A program made the translations under genes and the position numbers. Positions 39,401 through 52,276 of a stretch of DNA of 64,000 nt are shown here, in pieces; positions within the stretch are counted from its first letter, which is position 1; every line of letters starts with the position of its first letter. Source of the stretch: Macrostomum lignano (taxonomy: Eukaryota); assembly GCA_002269645.1 (NCBI GenBank), contig NIVC01002264.1:62001-126000 (forward strand). Direction: 5' to 3'. The notes beneath the pieces were generated by a model, which worked only from the letters and a program-made list of their open reading frames with translations, had not been told where the DNA came from and did no database searches.

Positions 39401-40659
39401 AATAATATTGAGTTTTGTCTTACTATTATCTGTTAAGAGTGCTTCTCTACCGCAATTCAAGTGAAGCTTTTTATCTATTTGTTGCATTACTTCTCCTAGA
39501 CTACTTCCAAGTAAGTGTTGAAACAAAATGGGATAACTGGAAATTTTCTAGGTCAGGCTATAGGCTATTTTAATCTTTATATTTATTATTCAATATGTAT
39601 AATTAGGCTATAGATAGACAACAATGGCCAACCATAGTCTAATTTGACTAAAAATATAAGTCTAAATTTTGTCTAGGGTAAAATTACACTGGCCATGCAA
39701 ATTTAATTTAGTTTTAGCTAGAAATGTTTGTTTAATGACTAACCTAAAAAACAATTTAAATTTCCATACACAAATAATAAAGCTATAAGAATTGCCTATA
39801 GACAAATATACCAGGCTATCACAATATCATTTTAGAAAATCATTTGTACAAAAAGACAGCAAGCTCCCTTATTAGAGCCCTAAATATTTTTTAGAGTTCT
39901 AAATGCCATGAAACATTGATATCCTACTGCATGCTAGACCACCGTCAGATAGCAGACTAATTAGAAGATAAGCTATTTGCTTATCAAAATAGTCATAGTT
40001 ATTCTCACTAATTAGTTGCACACAAGTAATTTTCTCTTTTGCGCAAGAGTGCCAAGGCTTGTAATTGATTTAATTTTTAACATTCTAAAAAATGGTGAAA
40101 AAATGACAAAAACATCATCTTATTAATAAATTATACCATATTTAGGGCTTCTAATAAGATTTTTAAGTTGAAAAAATGGAAATATTAAATAAAACAGAAA
40201 TTTCTCGCAGTTTGTGAATATAAGACTATAGAATTTCTAAAGCCATATGTGCAAAGGTATAAAGAGGCCATTGACTAATATAAAGCAACTCAAATTCAAG
40301 TTTTAGTTAGTGCTATAGTCCCATTAAATATATTTTAAGTTCATTTCATGAAAAGCTTCAAAAACCACTAGAACATTTTGTTTTAGCTAATAGTTGCATT
40401 ACAATATATACATCTTATTGAAAAGTTTTCAATAACACTTAGTTTATAAAAAAGTTGGTCAAGGAACAAAAATGATATGACTATTTTTTAAGATTTTTTC
40501 TTACTTTTGTGGTGTATTTTCTGTAACAAGTGGAACTCTTCCTTTGGAGGAGAAAGGGGAAGGACTCCTATCACTAGAATTCCATTCCTTCAAATCTATC
40601 AGCTGAAACTCCATGACTTGAATCCCATCTTTCAAATCATTTCCAAATCCTCTATAAAG

Positions 40660-41510
40660 CCTTTTTGCTCTCTTATCTCTACAGTGTAGTCTCTTATCTC
40701 TCCTTTCTCATCTGCTCTCTTATCTCTAGTCTCTCATCTCTGCTCTCTCTTCTTTGCTATCTTATATCTAGTCTCTCCTCTCTCTCCTCTCATCTCTACT
40801 CCCTTATTTATCTCTTCTCCCTCATCTTTCATGTCTACTCTCTCCTGTCTCCTCTCTCATGTACTCTCTCAACTCTCAAACTCTCTTATCTATCATCTCT
40901 ACTCTACCTTCTCTCTTTCTCTTCTTTTTCTCTCTTTTCTCTGCTTTTATTTTTAATATCTCCTATACACTCTTACCCTCCTTTCTTATATCCCATCTTT
41001 TTTCTCTCTTTTCTATCATCTCCTGTCTCCCTCTTCTCTCTTTTCTCTCCTCTCCATTCTCTCTTCTCTCCTTTCCTTTCTCCTCTCATCTTCTCCCCTC
41101 TCTTCTCTAATCTCTAATCTCTTCTCTTTTATTTTCTCACCCATCTTTCTCATCGCATCTCTTCTCTCTCCTCTCTGCACTCTCATTTTTTCTTTTTCTT
41201 TCTCCTTACTATTTTCTTATCTTACCTCTTTTATCTCTGATCTTTTATCTCTCCTATATTGTCTCTCCTCTCTCTCTCTCCTGTCATCTCTACTCCCCTA
41301 TTTATCTCTTCTCCCTTGTCTTTTGTCTCTACTCTTTCTTCTCTTCTATTTCCTCTGTACGCTCTTATCCCTCCTCTTTTCTCTGCTACCTCAGATCTCC
41401 CCTCTTATCTGTAATCTGTCCTCAACTCCTCTCATATCTGCTTTCTTTTCTATCATCTCTCCACTCTTCTCTATTCACTTTTCTCTTTACTCTCTTCTCT
41501 GACTGACTGA
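40660..41510. repeat. Polypyrimidine/polypurine low-complexity tract
   Basis: ~850 nt dominated by T and C on the + strand. Confidence 0.85.
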
Positions 41511-41699
41511 AGGTGCCAAATCCATCGAAATCCTCTTTGTAAAACAGAGACCCACCAAAATCCTCTTTGCAAAACAGAGACCCACCAAAATCCTCTTTGC
41601 AAAACAGAAATCCTTTCCATAAAAATGGACTCAATCAAAATTTTTTTCTGACAAAAGAACTCAACTCTTAGGGTTCAATGGTTAGGGTTAGGGTAAGAG

Positions 41700-42565
41700 C
41701 TGCACAGAGCTGCCTACATGTTAAAAGGCCCCAATAAGTAAAAATGGAACCAATTGAATCAATTGACTGTGCAACTTATTCCTCAGTCAGTCAGTATCAG
41801 TCTCAGTTAAAGTTAACAAAATGATTGCATAATTTAAATCAACCATCCAATACACAGTGACCAACCCCTCTCCAATATACAGCAACAAGTAAAAGTTGAA
41901 CCCCTCCAACTTTGTCTCTGACCTATTGCAAAAATAAGTACAATCTTTGCAGAAAGTTAATAGTATGGAATCATTTTTTAAATGCTATGCTTTTAGTTTT
42001 AATATTTAAAGCAAGAAACTTATATCCCTGAACTCAGCTTTGCAAGCTCTTTTTAGCTCTTTCTCAAAGTTTAAAACTTGAAGAACAGTTAGCATTTGAA
42101 ATTTCCCAATTTTCTGACTGCTTTTCTGAGAGGCTTGCAAGTTTGTTGATTGAATTTAACTTGCCCAGCTAATATAAAGGCCAATAATAAAACCAATTGA
42201 ATCTTGACACTGTCCTATCTATTTGTTTACATTGTATATTGCTATCTACACTTAGCCCAAGCCCAACCCACCCATTCTGGGAGAATCAATAAATTAACTG
42301 CATCCCTAACATGCGGGGGCTTTATTTCCAGTGAACGCAAAAAATGTGCACCCATCCCCCCCCAATATAAAGGACCTGCGATGAGATAAAGAGGGTTTTT
42401 TTTATAAACTGGCTACAGCCCCAAGCAGTGTGGCCAAAGAAGGTTATTAGGGGTTAAAAAAAGCAGTTTTCTGCTATGTTTTGATGCTGACTTGCTAGTA
42501 TTGTAGGAGTTCACTTGCAACATACAGACAGACAAACATCGCGTCAGTTTTAGTATATACAGAGA
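41700..42565 (-). mobile_element. Older, truncated relative of the same Helitron type
   Basis: 5'-like end TC..TATATACTAAAAC followed by GTCT repeats at ~42565-42525; shares CTCAGTCAG.CAGTATCAGT with copies A/B; no 3' end recognised. Confidence 0.4.
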
Positions 42566-42997
42566 CAATATTTAGATATATTGTTAAAAACATGTTAATA
42601 AATATATATGAATGTTTAAATTAAAAAATTAATTACTTAATTAAAAAATTAAAATCACCAAATCATCATTTATAATAAAATCATCATTTTATTTAAAATC
42701 AAATTATAAATAATAATTTTTTTTATAAATTTTATACAATCTTTTTATTTTATATAATCTTTTTATTTAAATAATAAATAAATAAATAAATAAAAAGTAA
42801 GTAAAAAAATATTTTTTTATTAAAACATTTATGTATTTTTTATTAACATAAATATAAGTGCTATATATTTTAATAAAAAAAGTTATACATACAAATAAAA
42901 AAATTGAAAATTTCAAAAATATATAGCACTTTTAACATACTTTGCCATTTGTAGCATATTTGCACTTTTTAAGTAGAAAATTTCTTTAGCTTTGATA

Positions 42998-45966
42998 CTA
43001 GCAATCTTCGCCCCCCGTTGGGGGACATCTGTATAGAATCTCTGTTCTCTACAAGTAATAAGAAAATAGCCAAATAAAGCTTTCACAAAGAAAACAGACA
43101 AACTACTCAAATGAAGTGCAATGCAAAAAGAAATCATCCCAAGACAGCAAGCATCCCCCAGATAGCAAGCATCCCCCAGATTGCAAGCATCCCCCAGATA
43201 GCAAGCATCCCCCAGATTGCAAGCATCCCCCAGATAGCAAGCATCCCCAGATAGCAAGCATCACCCAAATAGCAAGCATCCCCAGATAGCAAGCATCCCC
43301 CAGATAGCAAGCATTACCCAAATAGCAAGCATCCCCCGGATAGCAAGCATCCCCAGATAGCAAGCATCACCCAAATAGCAAGCATCCCCAGATAGCAAGC
43401 ATCCCCCAGATAGCAAGCATCACCCAAATAGCAAGCATCCCCAGATAGCAAGCATCACCCAAATAGCAAGCATCCCCAGATAGCAAGCATCCCCTAGATA
43501 GCAAGCATCACCCAAATAGCAAGCATCCCCAGATAGCAAGCATCCCCCAGATAGCAAGCATCCCCCACATAGCAAGCATCCCCAAGATACAAGCTAGCAA
43601 GCATCCCCTAGATAGATAGCATCCCCAAAAAGCAAGCATCCACCAGACAATAAGTAGCTAGTGCGACGATTTCCTTAGCATTATAGTGGCTCCTTTAAAA
43701 TTCGCTCACTTTTATGTTTGAAATTGTGTATCTTTTATGTTTGACGTGGTGGCTCTTTTATGTTTGAAATGAAGTGACTTATATGTTTGACATGGTGAAT
43801 ATTTTAAATGTTTTACAGGTTGGCTCTTTAATTTTCAACATGGTGGCTCTTTTATGTTCGACATAGTGGCTCCTTTATGTTCGACATGGTGGCTCCTTTA
43901 TGTTCGACATGGTGGCTCTTTTATATTAGACATGGTGGCTCTTTTATGTTCTACATGGTGGCTCTTTTATGTTCAACATGGTGGCTCCTTTATGTTCGAC
44001 ATGGTGGCTCTTTTATATTAGACATGGTGGCTCTTTAATTTTCAACATGGTGGCTCTTTTATGTTCTACATGGTGGCTCCTTTATGTTCGACATGGTGGC
44101 TCTTTTATATTAGACATGGTGGCTCTTTAATGTTCTACATGGTGGCTCTTTTATGTTCGACATGGTGGCTCTTTTATGTTTGAAATAAAGTCTCTTATAT
44201 GTTCGACATGGTGGCTCTTTAATGTTCAACACAATGGCACTTTAATGTTTGATATGGTGGCTCTTTAATGTTTGACATGGTAGCTCTTTAATGTTCAACA
44301 TGGTGGCTCCTTTATGTTCGACATGGTGGCTCTTTTATATTAGACATGGTGGCTCTTTAATGTTCTACATGGTGGCTCTTTTATGTTCGACATGGTGGTT
44401 CTTTTATGTTCGACATGGTGGCTCTTTTATGTTTGAAATAAAGTCTTATATGTTTGACATGGTGGCTCCTTAATGTTCTACATGGTGGCTCTTTAATGTT
44501 AGACATGGAGTCACATATGCTTTACATGGTGGTTCTTTTATGTTTGACACGGTGGCTCTTTAATGTTCGACATGGTGGCTCTTTAATATTCCACATGGTG
44601 GCTGTTCTATGTTTGACATGGTGGCTCTTTTATGTTTGACATGGTGGCTCTTTAATGTTCGCCATGGTGGCTCTTCTATGTTTGATATGGGGGCTCTTTA
44701 ATTTTTGACATGGTGGCTCCTTAATGTTCCACATGGTGGCTCTTTAATGTTGGACATGGAGTCATTTATGCTTGACATGGTGGCTCTTCTATGTTCGACA
44801 TGGTGGCTATTTTATGTTTAAAGTGATAGCTCTTAAATTTTTGGCCATGGAGTCACGTATATGTTTGACATGGAGTCACTTATATGTTTGACATGGTGGT
44901 CCTTCTATGTTTGAAATGGTGGCTCTTTAATGTTTGATATGGTGGCTCCTTAATTTTAGACATGGTGGCTCTTCTATGTTTCACATGGTGGTTCTTCTAT
45001 GTTTGATATGGTGGCTCTTTAATGTTCGACATGGTGGCTCTTTAATGTTTGGCATGGTGGCTCTTTAATGTTTGGCATGGTGGCTCTTTTATGTTCGACA
45101 TGGTGGCTCTAATGTTTGACATGGTGACTCTTTAATGTTTGACATGGTGGCTCTTTAATGTTTGACATGGTGGCTCTTTAACATTTGGCATGGTGGCTCT
45201 AATGTTTGACATGGTGGCTCTTTATGTTTGGCATGGTGCTGCTTTTATGTTTGACATGGTGGCTCTTAAATGTTTGACATGGTGGCTCTTTAATGTTTGG
45301 CATGGTGGCTCTTTAATGTTCGACATGGTGGCTCTTTAATGTTCGACATGGTGGCTCTTCTATGTTTGACATTGCGCTTCTTTTATGTTTAGCATTTTGT
45401 GTTTTTAAGGTGTTTTAATAAAAAATTTTGCACTACTAAGATTCGAACCCAGGTTGCCACATTAGCAGTCAGTCTGCTCGCATCTAGGCTATCTGTTTTT
45501 AATTTGAGAACATGAATTGTGGCCCTTATAATTCAATACTTACAGCAAGTCAATTGGAGTAAAAAGTTATGACATAATCAATTTCTCAGTCAGCCAGTAT
45601 CAGTTTCAATTTAAGTTGGCAATATGGTTACGCAATTTCATTCAAGTCGTGTGTGCATTTCTTTGGCACTGTTTTCAACTTGTTGTGATGCAATCTTTAT
45701 CACAATTGGAATTCAGCCAGTCAGTTTTTTCTCTAGCATTCTTACAATGCATTCTAGGTCAAAAGAGCTGCTTGACCTTTGCAAAAAAGCATGTTTTTCG
45801 AATATTTAATCCCTTTAAAATTGAGCAATTTCTTAGCCAAGATGCATGTACCGTCCCAGGAAAATTTCTGATCGAATGGTGCAAGTTTGAAGAAAATTGG
45901 TTGAGCCGTTTTTTCTGAAATCTATCTCACACATACACACAGACATTTCATTTTTAGTATATAGGA
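42998..45966 (-). mobile_element. Non-autonomous Helitron, copy A
   Basis: Minus strand begins A|TCCTATATACTAAAA and ends with hairpin CCCCC-AACG-GGGGG, ~11 nt, then CTAG|T; interior is mostly two minisatellites; no RepHel ORF. Confidence 0.78.
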
Positions 45967-46830
45967 TATAGCTAGCAATCTTCGCCCCCCGATGGGGGAC
46001 ATCTGGATAGAATCTCTGTTCTCTACAAGTAACAAAAAGACAGCCAAAAATCCTTCAAAAAGACAACAAACAAACTGCTCAAATGAAGTGCATTGCAAAA
46101 AGAAATCATCCCAAGACCACAAGCATCCCCCAGATAGCAAGCATCCCCAAGATAGCAAGCATCCCCCAGATAGCAAGCATCCCCCAGATAGCAAGCATCC
46201 CCAAGATAGCAAGCATCCCCCAGATAGCAAGCATCCCCAAGATAGCAAGCATCCCCCAGATAGCAAGCGTCCCCCAGATAGCAAGCATCCCCCAGATAGC
46301 AAGCATCCCCCAGATAGCAAGCATCCCCCAGATTGCAAGCATCCCCCAGATAGCAAGCATCCCCCGGATAGCAAGCATCCCCCAGAAAGCAAGCATCCCC
46401 CAGATAGATAGCATCCCAAAGATAGCAAGCATCCCCCAGATAGCAAGCATCCCCAAGATAGCAAGCATCCCCCAGATAGCAAGCGTCCCCCAGATAGCAA
46501 GCATCCCCCAGATAGCAAGCATCCCCCAGATAGCAAGCATCCCCCAGATTGCAAGCATCCCCCAGATAGCAAGCATCCCCCAGATAGCAAGCATCCCCCA
46601 GATAGCAGGCATCCCCTAGATAGCAAGCATCCCCCAGATAGCAAGCATCCCCCAGATAGCAAGCATCCCCCAAGATAGCAAGCATCCCCCAGATAGCAGG
46701 CATCCCCAAGATAGCAAGCATCCCCCAGATAGCAAGCATCCCCAAGATAGATAGCATCCCCAAGATAGCAAGCATCCCCCAGATAGCAAGCATCCCCAAG
46801 ATAGATAGCATCCCCAAATAGTAAGCATCC
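43135..46830. repeat. 16-17 bp minisatellite in both Helitrons (43135-43640 and 46115-46830)
   Basis: AGATAGCAAGCATCCCC(C). Confidence 0.9.
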
Positions 46831-47880
46831 ACCAGACAATAAGTAGCTAGTGCGACAATTTCCTTAGCATTATAGCGGCTCCTTTAAAATTCGCTTACTT
46901 TTACGTTTGAAATTGTGTATCTTTTATGTTTAACAGGGTGGCTCTTTTATGTTATACATTGTGGCTCTTTTATGTTATACATTGTGGCTCTTTAATGTTC
47001 GACATGGTCGCTCTTTAATGTTCGACATGGTGGCTCTTTTATGTTCAACATGGTGTCGCTTCAATGTTTGACATGGAGTTACGTATATGTTTTACATGGT
47101 GGCTCTTTTATGTTCGACATGGCGTCATGTATATGTTTGACATGGTAGCTCTTGAATGTTCAACATGGAGTCATGTATATGTTTGACATGGTGGCTCTTT
47201 AATGGTCGACATGGTGGCTCTTTAATGTTTGACATAGTGTCTCTTTAATGTTTGACATGGAGTCATGTAGATGTTTGCCATGGTGGCTCTTTTATGTTTT
47301 GCATGGTGGCTCTTTTATGTTCGACATGGCGTCTCTTCAATGTTTGACATGGAGTCATGTATATGTTTGACATGGTGGCTCTTGTATTTTTAACATGTTG
47401 GCTCTTTAATGTTCGACATGGTGGCTCTTCAATGTTTGACATGGAGTCATGTATATGTTTGACCTGGTTGCTCTTTAATGTTTGACATGGTGGCTCTTTA
47501 ATGTTCGACATGGTGGCTCTTTTAGGTTTGAAATGGTGGCTCTTTAATGTTTGACATGGTGGCTTTTTAATGTTCGACATGGTGGCTCTTTTATGTTCGA
47601 CATGGCGTCATGTATATGTTTGACATGGTAGCTCTTGAATGTTCAACATGGAGTCATGTATATGTTGGACATGGTGGCTCTTTAATGTTCGACATGGTGG
47701 CTCTTTAATGTTCGACATGGTGGCTCTTTAATGGTCGACATGGTTGCTCTTTAATGTTCGACATGGTGGCTCTTTAATGTTCGACATGGTGACTCTTTAA
47801 TGGTCGACATGGTGGCTCTTTAATGGTCGACATGGTGGCTCTTTAATGTTTGACATGGTGGCTCTTTAATGTTTGACATT
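43735..47880. repeat. ~22-bp minisatellite in both Helitrons (43735-45365 and 46930-47880)
   Basis: GACATGGTGGCTCTTT(T/A)ATGTT(C/T). Confidence 0.9.
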
Positions 47881-48489
47881 TTGCTTTCTTGTGTTTAGCA
47901 TTTTGTGTTTTTAAGGTTTTTGAATAAAAAATCTTTTTGCACTACTAAGATTCGAACCCAGGTCGCAGCATTAGCAGTCCAGTCTGTTCGCATCTATGCT
48001 ATCTCTTGTCAATTGGAGTACATGAATTGTGGCCCTTATAATTCAATTCTTATAGCAAATCGGTTAGAGTAAAAAGTTATGACATAATCAATTTCTCAGT
48101 CAGCCAGTATCAGTGTCAATTTAAGTTAGCAATATTGGTTACGCAATTTAAATCAAGTTTTGTGTGCATTTGTTTGGCACTGTTTTCAACTGGTTGTGAT
48201 GTAATCTTTATCACAATTGGAATTCAGTCAGTCAGTTTTTTCTCTAGCATTCTTACAATGCATTTCAGGTCGAAAGAGCTGCTTGACCTTTGCAAAAAAG
48301 CATGTTTTTCGAATATTTAATCCCTTTAATATTGAGCAATTTCTTAGCCAAGATGCATGTACCGTCCCAGGAAAAGTTTTGATCAAATGGTGCAAGTTTG
48401 AAGAAAATCGGTTGAGCCATTTTTTCTGAAATCTATCGCATACCTACCTACCTACCTACCCACAGACAACTCATTTTTAGTATATAGGA
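45972..48489 (-). mobile_element. Non-autonomous Helitron, copy B, head-to-tail with copy A
   Basis: Same 5' TCCTATATACTAAAA and 3' hairpin+CTAG; same module order; 5-nt junction with copy A. Confidence 0.78.
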
Positions 48490-48794
48490 TTCTTCAAGAA
48501 TTGCATTTAATATTATATATCATTTAAATTTAAAAAAAACAAGATTCCTTCTTATCCATTTTTCTAGTTCAGTCTGTTTACTCTATTACATTCTATTTTA
48601 AATAGTTTATTTTAAATACTGTCTTTGCTTCTTAAAAATTTTCAAAGCACTTGTTTAATTTCATATGAATTTTATCTAAAATATATTTAAAAGTGGCAAA
48701 TGTGGTTTTATTATTTAAAAGCAAAGAAGTTTTATTTAACTTGTTTATTTTTGTTGTTTATTTTTTCATTTAATTTCATAGATATAATATATGG

Positions 48795-49383
48795 CCATAG
48801 TCAGGATCATGTCATGGTATACGCCGGAATAAAAAGTCCCCTAAAAAAATCTATGCCATTTCATACTGAAACGTACGCCAAGGTCCTAGGAACTTACGCC
48901 AGGTTTTCTAGGCTTTGCGACAATAAATGACCTTTTTTGCGTGTTACACATTTTTCTTCAAATAAATTATTTAAAAAAATATGTGGTTTTCATTAAAAGT
49001 AAATTGGCTTATAGAAAATGCCAACAAAAATCAATTTTTTGTTTAAGTTTTTTAGAAAATTACACGATTAGTTTGCGTGGAATTTTAAATTTTTATTAAT
49101 CCCGAATAGTTATGAACTTTCATCTTACGAGTTTTACGGTTTTTATGATTTTATAATAAGATTCTGAGGTTACGGTGTTATGCCAACAATTGTTAATATT
49201 AACTTTGGCATGAAGGTTGGAGTTGGCATGCGTTGCTTGGCATATTTACACCACGGCGTCACACCAAAAGGAATGCCAAATATATTTTGCCTCATTTTTT
49301 ATGCCAATTGTATGCCAAAAAAAGTAAAATTTTCAATTGTACGCCAGAAATTTCTGGCGTAATGTACATCATCCTGACTATGG
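48795..49383. mobile_element. MITE with CCATAGTCAGGAT TIRs and 8-bp TSD
   Basis: TIR CCATAGTCAGGAT at both ends; TSD ATATATGG at 48787-48794 and 49384-49391. Confidence 0.85.
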
Positions 49384-49527
49384 ATATATGGGACCTAATC
49401 TACATATAGAAACACAGGCATATAATAGGCCTATAGAAAAAACTCTATAGCCTAAAAAAATAAGACAATTAAATAGAAGAGAAATAAACAACATAAATTT
49501 TCCAACATCTCTGCAATGGGATCTTGG

Positions 49528-50191
49528 CCATACTCAGGAAGGTGGCCTGCACGTGGGAATTTTCCCGCGTGCACAAGCCACGCTAAAATGTTGGCGTGCG
49601 AATAGGGGTCTCAAGCCACGCTTAAATTTTCAGTGTACAAGTTTTTTACTTGGCGTGTAACCTTGGCGTGCAATTACAAACTGACAGTATATCAACAAGT
49701 CAGATATAGATGTATACACTATATATATACAATATATAAAGTTAAACGTGAACAATTGAATTTGAATATTGATTAAACCAACTAGTTGAGGCTATAGCCT
49801 AGCCTACAGCCAGGCCTACACTCTACAGCCTACATTAAAATTAAAATATCCAATAACTTTTAAACGCTCTTATTTTGTGACTCTTGTAGACTTTTAGTTT
49901 ATTTGTTTCCTGAAATGTGAAGAAAAAGTTTTTGATACTCACTATGTTCTTTGTAGCGAATTTCCTTTTTTTATATAAACTTTGTTTAACGTAAGTAGAA
50001 AATTTATTTAAAAATAGTATCTAATACGGTATACACAATTTTTGGCGTACATGATTTTTGGTATTCAAGATTTTTGGCGTGCAACAGAAATGTCACGTTA
50101 AGGGTTTTTAAAAATTGGCGTACATTGGCGTGCACCAAGGATTTTTCCATAAATTGATTCCCGCGTGCATTTGCCACCTTCCTGACTATGG
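49528..50191. mobile_element. Related MITE with CCATA(C/G)TCAGGAAGGTGGC TIRs and 8-bp TSD
   Basis: 19-bp TIR with 1 mismatch; TSD GATCTTGG at 49520-49527 and 50192-50199. Confidence 0.85.
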
Positions 50192-52276
50192 GATCTTGGT
50201 AGACATTCCTAAGTGTAAGCCTATGGGCCATAGGCCTACTCCCAAAGATGCTGTTTTGTGAGGAAAATTCTTGCGTACAAGGTTCCAGGCAGTCTAGTAC
50301 TATATGCATAGCATATAGCAAGGAGTTAGAAAAGTTTTTTTGCAATGTTTTGCACAATAGTGCCACATTTAAAGTTTTTTTGGCATCTCACCACTATCAG
50401 AGCTATGAATTTGCCACTAGAACTATGTCTCACAGGAATTTTTTAGGCCTTTAAAAACATTATATGATACTTTTTAAAAGAATTATTCTAAAATAATGAT
50501 AAAATATGCAATGTTTTTAGTACTAGAAGGCAATATATTATTATTAAAATCACTACAATAAGCATTTCTTTAAGTGTTGCTTATTTGCTGTCTCTTGTTA
50601 AAAAAAATTGAATACTTCATCAGAAGACATTGTTTTATAGAATCAAACTTGAAGCTTCTATAGACCTAGCTGCCTTCTGCAGTTCAATGCCCCCAGTCCA
50701 TTGGCAAATTAGTGAATTTAATGCAACCCTCCCACATGCAGTGTGCAAAGCAAAAAAATCTTGCATGCATAGTGCATACTCAAGACTACGGCCTATGCTT
50801 TGGAAAATTCTCATGCACCCTAGTTCTGACTTTTGATCACTTGGATACTTTAGATACTTATTAATGTTTAAAAATCTTATTTTAATATGTATTAATTCTT
50901 CAATTTCTAGTAGGCCTAGAAATTTTCTATTATATTTATATAATATTGCCCATGCCCATGCCATGGCATGCAATAAAGTAGGGCCTAACCTAAAGAAACA
51001 AAACTAAATTGCTAGGCCAAAAGCAACTAGAAGACTAATCCACACGTAAAAACTTGTATATTATGGCAGATAATTCCAGCGCTCATAAACAAAAAGTTTG
51101 CGCAAGGCGACGCACACTGCGCACATCATGGCACATGCACAGCAAAAGCTAATTAGAAAAATATACTATCGGCGTAACAACTAAAAACTGATCAGAAAAA
51201 TTTGGCACACAAGGGTGTGCACAAAATTCGTCGTTTAAGTACTGTGTGTAGTGCGAGAAATGGGCTTTTTTGTATACTCGGATTGTATTATGTATTACAA
51301 TCGATGAGTGCGCCACTTAAACAACGACCGCGGTCTTGAAAGTAGCTCGTAGTAGTAGTAGTAGTAAGTTTGGCTCAGGCGGGAAGCCTGTTTGGCCAGT
51401 ATACGTCAGTGTATTAAATAAAAATTCAAGAGTAGAAGGAAAACCTTATGCATAAGTACGAGTTTTGCAATAATAATAATAAATACAAATTTACGAAATT
51501 AAAATTAAAATTTAAAATAGTATTTCGAGGAAATTTTCAACGGATTTTAAGTTAACGCAATTTTAAACGTAATTTTTAGAATTATACAGAGTTTTAAACA
51601 ATAACTGCGTATAAGAACAAAAAGTGTCAAATAAATATTTAAAATTTGTTTTGTTTTGCGTTTTTCGTTTTTCGGTTTATTCTCTGGCTGCGATTCACTG
51701 TTAGTGTTTTATGCACTTCATATTGCCAATAACAATTAACTCGGCGAAAAAATGTAATTATACGTCGCGCACAGCGCAAAAATATGCTTAAAAATACTCC
51801 GGTGCATGTGATACCTTCTTGAATGTGGCCATAGCAGTTAACAAAATAGTGAGAGGGGCCTAGTTTATCTGAAGCTATAGTTTGGTTAGGTTGAGTAAGG
51901 TTTTTATATCCACACTATTGATCTTAGACATAGCTCCTATGGTCATTTCAACTGAGTTCATGATTGTTTTTTGAGTGAGCATTAACAATCCAAGTTAAGT
52001 GAAGCTACCTATTTAAACTAACACCGACCATATGTAGCAAGGAGCACAGTTTTAAAATATTTTATCTACAATTTTTTATATTTTTGGGACAATTAATAAT
52101 AATTTGTTATTTGATCATTTTGGCTTTTAATCATAGTTCCAAACTGTACGCTCGTATTGCTTCGGAAGACAATCTGCGTGTCAGCTTTTTGCCGACTTTT
52201 CTCCTTTTGATCTTAGGCTTTATGGACTTCAAGTGCATTTTGGTGTTGTTTCGATACTGGTATACCACAATTCTTG

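Larger units (their letters stand above)
38746..39456. mobile_element. Penelope-like retroelement remnant: two inverted pseudo-LTR copies
   Basis: Arms 38746-39064 and 39090-39412 are reverse complements apart from (AG)n length, with a 25-nt spacer. The right arm starts with KPTLNVQLSGGGASEQLLVF-stop (GIY-YIG C-terminus-like). Each arm has a hammerhead core. A 12-bp direct repeat TCAAGTGAAGCT flanks the unit (38736-38747, 39457-39468). Confidence 0.8.

Noticed and set aside
41680-41698. TTAGGG telomeric repeat
   Set aside because: Only about two units; not evidence of an interstitial telomere.
45922-46839. LGDACY / IASIPQ pentapeptide-like ORFs
   Set aside because: Helitron-internal 16-17 bp minisatellite with constant frameshifts.
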